Origin: Bacteriovoracaceae bacterium
GTDB lineage: Bacteria > Bdellovibrionota > Bacteriovoracia > Bacteriovoracales > Bacteriovoracaceae
Direction of reading: 5' to 3'
Assembly (NCBI GenBank): GCA_044356225.1
Contig: JBIKWR010000001.1
Span: 17,244-81,243, forward strand
Length of the DNA: 64,000 nucleotides
The notes under the pieces were generated by a model. It made no database searches, was not told the DNA's origin, and saw only the letters and a program-made list of their open reading frames with translations. Shown here piece by piece: positions 59,601-64,000 of this stretch (positions are counted from its first letter, which is position 1; every line of letters begins with the position of its first letter). Both the position numbers and the translations under genes were made by a program.

Positions 59601-61707
59601 CATTGGAGTTCGTCAGAGAAATGGTGACATTGGTAGAAGTTTGATCCGCCAAATCGCCCATGACTCCATTGATTGCTAAATACAGTTTGTCACTTTTGGC
59701 CGTTACTCGTCTGCCGGAACCGATGGCAAACCAGCTGACACCATCAAAAGATCCAATCAGAGCGCCTTTATTAAAACCAAACCAATCGCGCTGATACCCA
59801 TTGATCCAAAGGGCGGCTTGAGTTTGCAGACGATTGAGTCTTTGAGTTTGCCCATCGGCATTGGCAGTATGAGAAAAAGGTAACATGGTCGGTGGCACGA
59901 AGCAGGCACGACCAAAAAGGGTATCTTCATAATTTCCTAAAGTGAGGTTAGTGGAAAAAGCATCTCTGGATGTCGTGTGCCCGACTGCTTGCAATCCTCG
60001 GCCCGCCGAAGAATTGGGATGGGCGCTGAAGGCCTGAAACCAGGAGTCTTTACTACAGAGAGGACAGGGAGAATAGAATCCGGAGTTAACAAAGATGGTG
60101 TAGTTTTCATTGTCGTTAACGGGTATCATCTTTGCCGGAAAGGCCTGATCGAGTGTCACGGAAAATTGGCCGGTGATGGAGTTCATATTAAATTGGCCAT
60201 TGTCGGGATCGGTTTTATTGAGGTTATCGAGGTATTGAAACTCTGTGCCTTCAGGTATTACACCCGTGCCGGCAATGGAGGTGATGTTATCGACTGCCAG
60301 ACCATTGGTGGCGCGAAAAAAACGATGGGGCACCGATCGGGCAGAAACATCCACAAAAGTGGTGGAGAAGGGAGGATCGGTATCACTATTCAAATTATCA
60401 CAAGCCACGGCAGTGATTTTTCCCGCCGGATTTTTACTCGCATGAAAAATAAAAGTATCTTGGCAAGCGAGTGTCGGATCACCACTGGGAGGATTGCTAG
60501 GATCACAACCACACATTTTATTAACAATGGTTTGGACTTGCGCCTCAGTGACGCCAGTACCCGCCACATCACAAGAGATACTTTGAATGCCGGCACCCAA
60601 CAGCCAACGTTCCGCTTGCGTGTCGTAGGTCGGGAGGTTGGTGATGGTATTGGGACACAAATTTTCGGTTTCATTTTGGCAGGTGTAGGAGTTATCACAG
60701 TACTCACTAAAACCTTCTTCACAAAGTTGATCTGTCAAACAGTAGTAATAATTAATTTTGGTTTGCAATAATTCTTTAGCGTCTTGGGTAGGATCATTGG
60801 GATTTGACGGAGGAGGGTTGAGACCACCAGTGCCACAGACATTATAAATATGAGGATAATTCACATAGGCCAAGGGATTGATGGCAATGTCCGCCTGAGA
60901 TTGAGCAAAGTCATTCGGATACAAGCTCGAGGCATTGGATTTGAGCACTCCATCGTTGACACAATTATTGTTTAAACAACAATCAAAACCCAACGTTTGG
61001 CAGGAGGAATTGGTGCATAAACCTTGACCGCCATTATTTTGTGAGGAAGCGGTGTCAATGTTAAGTCCAAGCCCACTGAGGTTAAACAAGTTATTGGAGA
61101 CCAATGTATTATCACTAATGCCAGAACTCACTTGATAAATTTTTACCGAGGTGGATTTGATAATGGTGTTACAAGTGGTGCAAACCTCATCGAGAGCAAA
61201 AGCACTGCCGGCCATCGCTACTCCACTAACCGTACCAGTGCAGACGGAAGCATTACTGGCATTTTGATCTAGATCGATGCGAAAATATCGTTCAATGGAT
61301 TGAGTGCTAAAGTTATTAAAAAAGGCGGGAGTGGCGCGCACTCTCATTTGGGTTTTTGCCCCAGTGGCAGCATACGTGGCCAAAAGACAAAAAGTTTTTT
61401 GGAAATTGTTATTTAAATTTAGAAAGGTCTCGACCGCCTTACCTCGTAAAAAAACCACGCTGTTTAAATCTTCATTGACGGTGAGAGCATTAAAAATTTG
61501 CTGACTATTATGAAACCAAAACAGCTGACTGGTGTTCGTCCCCGCGCCATCATTTAAACCACTGGTATTGTCCTGGGTAATGCGGCGATTACTTTCAGTT
61601 TGAATTGGCAGGCAACTAGTCAAGGACAACAAGGCCCACAAGCTAAAACTGAAAAGTAAAAACTGATACTTGATCAAATGTGTTGCCTCGTAAGTTTGAG
61701 TATGCAT
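56629..61707 (-). CDS. giant Cys-rich lipoprotein, unknown function (1692 aa)
   Basis: Lipobox LLSLTSC. Composition is N/T/G/S/D-rich and looks beta-rich. By hand count there are about 57 Cys, including five CC doublets. I recognise no catalytic motif. Confidence 0.8.
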   Translation of the reverse strand: MHTQTYEATHLIKYQFLLFSFSLWALLSLTSCLPIQTESNRRITQDNTSGLNDGAGTNTSQLFWFHNSQQIFNALTVNEDLNSVVFLRGKAVETFLNLNNNFQKTFCLLATYAATGAKTQMRVRATPAFFNNFSTQSIERYFRIDLDQNASNASVCTGTVSGVAMAGSAFALDEVCTTCNTIIKSTSVKIYQVSSGISDNTLVSNNLFNLSGLGLNIDTASSQNNGGQGLCTNSSCQTLGFDCCLNNNCVNDGVLKSNASSLYPNDFAQSQADIAINPLAYVNYPHIYNVCGTGGLNPPPSNPNDPTQDAKELLQTKINYYYCLTDQLCEEGFSEYCDNSYTCQNETENLCPNTITNLPTYDTQAERWLLGAGIQSISCDVAGTGVTEAQVQTIVNKMCGCDPSNPPSGDPTLACQDTFIFHASKNPAGKITAVACDNLNSDTDPPFSTTFVDVSARSVPHRFFRATNGLAVDNITSIAGTGVIPEGTEFQYLDNLNKTDPDNGQFNMNSITGQFSVTLDQAFPAKMIPVNDNENYTIFVNSGFYSPCPLCSKDSWFQAFSAHPNSSAGRGLQAVGHTTSRDAFSTNLTLGNYEDTLFGRACFVPPTMLPFSHTANADGQTQRLNRLQTQAALWINGYQRDWFGFNKGALIGSFDGVSWFAIGSGRRVTAKSDKLYLAINGVMGDLADQTSTNVTISLTNSNDTVAKYDFDPDLTMNNPSQNQGASCQQYHLCDDDTDCVTKLGWEYMCANINSVKTLWPTFTDEDENVNTADSKFLSKIIVGGLKATTKKRCVYRGSGSVCKQNYSALPLSIRKNFTCAPNFWCKKITQSFNDEIIRTPLLADNILFGKEANVLGRPEKYLNGSVSLPNAVISTLEANLDNQHSSFATDDDYGICQPGKFIDTNANPHMETQHANRDNQNRTDYISQVGSCNSATTGLNRVQSCPMLDPTSGDYTFITTPTFTSAADQQQLRLQNTCGAGAKNAGGTSAFVNIEKNAIGTFSSIVTPSIVQDACFRRPGAVCHSDLDCSPNALHATTAAQFATSFFGGSTAEKNYWQESMICGQQNPVPALNSVLFADFDISENRCCRAQGQKFTMITANDPEGDPSGQLARVGVTDLPFLADNPMTARRYSRYAVVEDLNVAIATVAVRPQAPEFDAGEVPLPFQWLTFKRAGEKTCCGGGWVRQFADGTHDWTNNTRLNLDVSEFQCVNYRHTIYKEKPAGTLQSNYDIDFSNMCFFVEFGGCPQFAFTPGTTNSIIYPVRPATFTATIDSYTEIPFDNLTEYTPFAPLTRFVSAVGALLQSDFTFGTVNDDYIAFKLPGYIDPLEASFDIDIVNYLTNGSFTTITAVANVAMPCTANMVGAAVNSECYDTATGILYVKHNPGLGSLDQAAVRINFIPNNVIGHSGSVAADPEVGLTPGNEFYYLSKLGRLELIGVPQILYEPISCNDEQGNMVGGIFLNDADWTTFIAGAPSFNYTTGSADANAPLTPAAFYDNTKTVAETVGSRNQVSYVDGVALDKIFSASEFSCCAPIGSIVTDQTKCCSNHGVADISTGEITCMMPSGLDLHVYFNKFISGEGIDEDLPGGGLIETDFNSMTGEPLYNDTVRNKIRNIGEAFCSSGTVIAGGAFGHYPGQPNSGSFGSSDGSLTRVYGLLDSPEDIDDDTDPDNPRGFNQFQNGYRWNHHLYCQ

Positions 61708-61788
61708 TCTCTTCTCGACGGCGCGTGAGAAGTTGGGAATTAAAATTGGAGATGAATGAAAAAGCGGAAATATTTTCCGCTTAAAAGC

Positions 61789-64000
61789 TTAGGCCCTGGG
61801 TGGACTAAAATCAAATCCGCTATCGGCGACCGAGGTCCCATTGAGCATGGAAGACTGAACTCCGAAGGGATTTTGACTGCCAAACTGCCAATTAAGCGGC
61901 GGCGGAGTATAAGGAAAGATATTCGAATTGGGTTGAGCAAAATATAAACTGGCATAGGTCGCAGGATCTTTTTCTTTATAATAATCAAGGGTGTAATCCC
62001 AAGCGGCCCGATTATAAACATCTACTTCTTTTAATTTTTTATAATAACTGGTATTTCGATCTGTTTGCACTTTTAGATAATCAGTTTGTTGATAAGTCGT
62101 CAGTAGCGGGACAATTTGCCCCACTAACGGTGCCACGAGGTAGCTGCCAAAACTAGCTTCTTCGCGCCAAACTGGGCGGTAAGGATTGGTGTAATCCACA
62201 TAATGACTGCGGTGATAGGCCAGCTGCTTTTCTTTCGCTTCGCTGGCATATTTTGCTTTTTTAGACACCGTGGTGCTGGGAACATCTTCATAAATTCGAA
62301 CATTACACTGGTCTTTGATACCTTTGAGTAATTGATCGCGCGTACCCATGTGACGCTCAAAAAAATCTGGCTCAAATTTGGCGAGTATTTGATTGCCATC
62401 GCTGGCGAGGGCAAAGGCCATATAATCAGCGGGTTTTGACTGATAAGTTTTATCAAATCCTTCACAGCGAACGGCCGTGTGTGCAACAAACTTATCAGCG
62501 CATTCACTTTTGATAAAACCACCGATGGCATTTTTACAACTTTCAAATTTTTTAAACTCTTGGGTTTTTTCCATTTGTTTAATGGCATTTGTGAGAGTGC
62601 GCAAACGTTCCTTAGAACGAATAATCGCTCTGGGCACATCATCTGTTGTGAGAAGGCCAGTACATGCTTGGAAGGCAGTTCTTACTTCCGTTGTAGTGGG
62701 ATTGCCCGCGGGCATTTGGCATGCAGATTTAGGCCCGAGATTTTTTTCCGGGAAAAGATTTGGCAACGCCTGTAATAATTTGGGATATAGGGCCTGAACC
62801 ACTTGTTCGTAATTTTTGATTCGCGATTTCGGATCTGAAGTTAATTCAAGTGTTGCTTTCTCAGCAAAAATCTTTTGATTTTTTTCCAGAGAGGCCAATT
62901 TTCGGTCAACGTCTTGTTGCTGCACACCCAATTCACTTAAGGCCACGCCATTGTTAGGACGATCAGCAAGATAGCGTGCACGATCAACCAATCTTTTTTC
63001 TTCTCGTTTTAAACGTTGTGATTCGATTAAAGAAAGTTGAGCAATATTGGGTGCTAAATTTTCTAAGTTTTGTAAAATAGCTGCTTCCGCAGTGACAAAT
63101 TCTCTTTGTTTGATTCGATTAAGAAGAAATTCATCTCGGTTATCGGCCGCAGTATGATTGGCGAGATTAATTTGCACCGACAATTCATCCACCGAACGCA
63201 AAATGGGAGCAATTCCAAATTTAAAAAAAAGATCATTTTTTTGTGTTTCACCAAGACTAAAGTCGGCAAAAACATTTTCCAGTTCTATTTTTTTAATGGT
63301 TAACGCTTGATAGGTTTCTAAACATTGCGAAGAGGCGGTTAGATCGGCAGTGGTTTGAAAACATGGTTTATTTTTTTCTTCTTCTAAAAAACGATTCATG
63401 GCGATGAGTTTTTGAGAAATTTTTTCTCGCAATTGAGGGCCTAAAGGATAATCGGTCATTTCTTTTTTTAGCAATCGATCAAAGTCGGCTATTTGTAGAT
63501 CAGTGCCTCGGGCCGCCATACTTTGATAAGCGCGGACAAAACTTCCAAAAGCGTGGTACTCGGAACTTTGATCATTTTGGCCACTATTTAAATCGGATGT
63601 TTCAGATCGAAAAATTTGGAGTTGGAGACAAAAGGAGTCAAGAGTTCTATTTAGTTCATCGCATTTTTTGATCAGTAAATCAGTAATAGCAGCTCCTGAT
63701 AATTGCGCAAAAATTTCATCCGGAGTAATTCCTAAATTTTGTAATGGATTGTTTGATTCTTCCGATTTCAAATAATGATCAATGCCATTGAGAAGTTGCA
63801 CACTGCTGGTCGCATTTTTTATATTAAAGGCGAGGAGTGCACTATCGACCGGTCGAACATCATCCAAGCTCATGACGGCCTCTAAATCGGTGACCACTTT
63901 TCCTTGGAGCGATTCAATCCCTTGAAGCATCGCCAGCTTGGCCACTTCTTGATCATACTCTAAGGCCAATTGAGAAAAAGGAGTATTATTGTGGCGATGA
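61789..64000 (-). CDS. large helical paired-Cys protein, N-terminus beyond the right window edge
   Basis: The track starts it at TTG 63969, but the frame stays open (..HRHNNTPFSQ-LALEYDQ..) to position 63999, so it is 5'-truncated by the window. Its composition and C-x(12-20)-C modules resemble the 7265..14458 protein. Confidence 0.75.
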   Translation of the reverse strand, partial: HRHNNTPFSQLALEYDQEVAKLAMLQGIESLQGKVVTDLEAVMSLDDVRPVDSALLAFNIKNATSSVQLLNGIDHYLKSEESNNPLQNLGITPDEIFAQLSGAAITDLLIKKCDELNRTLDSFCLQLQIFRSETSDLNSGQNDQSSEYHAFGSFVRAYQSMAARGTDLQIADFDRLLKKEMTDYPLGPQLREKISQKLIAMNRFLEEEKNKPCFQTTADLTASSQCLETYQALTIKKIELENVFADFSLGETQKNDLFFKFGIAPILRSVDELSVQINLANHTAADNRDEFLLNRIKQREFVTAEAAILQNLENLAPNIAQLSLIESQRLKREEKRLVDRARYLADRPNNGVALSELGVQQQDVDRKLASLEKNQKIFAEKATLELTSDPKSRIKNYEQVVQALYPKLLQALPNLFPEKNLGPKSACQMPAGNPTTTEVRTAFQACTGLLTTDDVPRAIIRSKERLRTLTNAIKQMEKTQEFKKFESCKNAIGGFIKSECADKFVAHTAVRCEGFDKTYQSKPADYMAFALASDGNQILAKFEPDFFERHMGTRDQLLKGIKDQCNVRIYEDVPSTTVSKKAKYASEAKEKQLAYHRSHYVDYTNPYRPVWREEASFGSYLVAPLVGQIVPLLTTYQQTDYLKVQTDRNTSYYKKLKEVDVYNRAAWDYTLDYYKEKDPATYASLYFAQPNSNIFPYTPPPLNWQFGSQNPFGVQSSMLNGTSVADSGFDFSPPRA

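Noticed and set aside
1723-63303. Numerous 60-260-aa ORFs nested inside or antisense to the large CDSs. Examples are 1723..2043, 8497..8832, 16179..16442, 26603..26962, 32751..33059, 50130..50399, 59977..60771 and 62124..62642.
   Set aside because: Each is fully contained in a longer ORF with clear motif support or coherent protein features. None has independent start signals or recognisable motifs.
1-64000. tRNA, rRNA, tmRNA, transposase/IS elements and defence-system genes (restriction-modification, toxin-antitoxin, Cas, retron or DGR reverse transcriptase).
   Set aside because: A scan by eye of all intergenic regions longer than 100 bp found no T-loop-like GGTTCGAATCC-type motifs or cloverleaf candidates. 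No ORF carries nuclease, helicase, methyltransferase, RT or DDE motifs. A tRNAscan/Infernal/PADLOC run would be needed to be certain.

Overview
AT-rich window (by eye roughly 35-40% GC, not computed), densely coding, from a diderm bacterium: it has BamB, beta-barrel OMPs, lipoboxes and a periplasmic binding protein. The lineage cannot be fixed from sequence alone; the gene content would fit a Bdellovibrionota/Oligoflexia-like or similar organism. The housekeeping backbone is hemF; a complete suf operon (rrf2-sufBCDS-sufU-nfu); pckA; argS; a transaldolase; rnc-era-der; a yfgM-like gene with bamB; an NrdR-box-regulated class II ribonucleotide reductase (nrdJ); and a Zn/Mn-type ABC importer. Lineage-specific exported proteins with no domain I recognise are interleaved with these. 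They are a 2397-aa signal-peptide protein built from paired-Cys helical modules; a second, edge-truncated protein of the same style; a 1692-aa lipoprotein with about 57 Cys; and a protein combining Ig-like domains, Cys-hairpin repeats and two proline-rich tandem-repeat arrays. Other oddities: a compact type IIA topoisomerase pair whose A subunit lacks the GyrA/ParC C-terminal domain; a pilin reduced to the N-terminal helix; a perfect 15-bp x6 in-frame repeat inside era; a large acidic insertion in der; a tyrosine-recombinase-like protein with a degenerate active site; two exported proteins whose signal peptides sit upstream of the first ATG/GTG/TTG and appear to start at SD-preceded ATT codons; and two tiny lysine-rich ORFs flanking nrdJ. 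I found no rRNA, tRNA, CRISPR array, transposase or recognisable defence genes. All functional calls rest on motif recognition by eye, with no database search. The two edge genes (1..1449 and 61789..64000, both minus strand) are absent or truncated in the ORF track and were translated manually.
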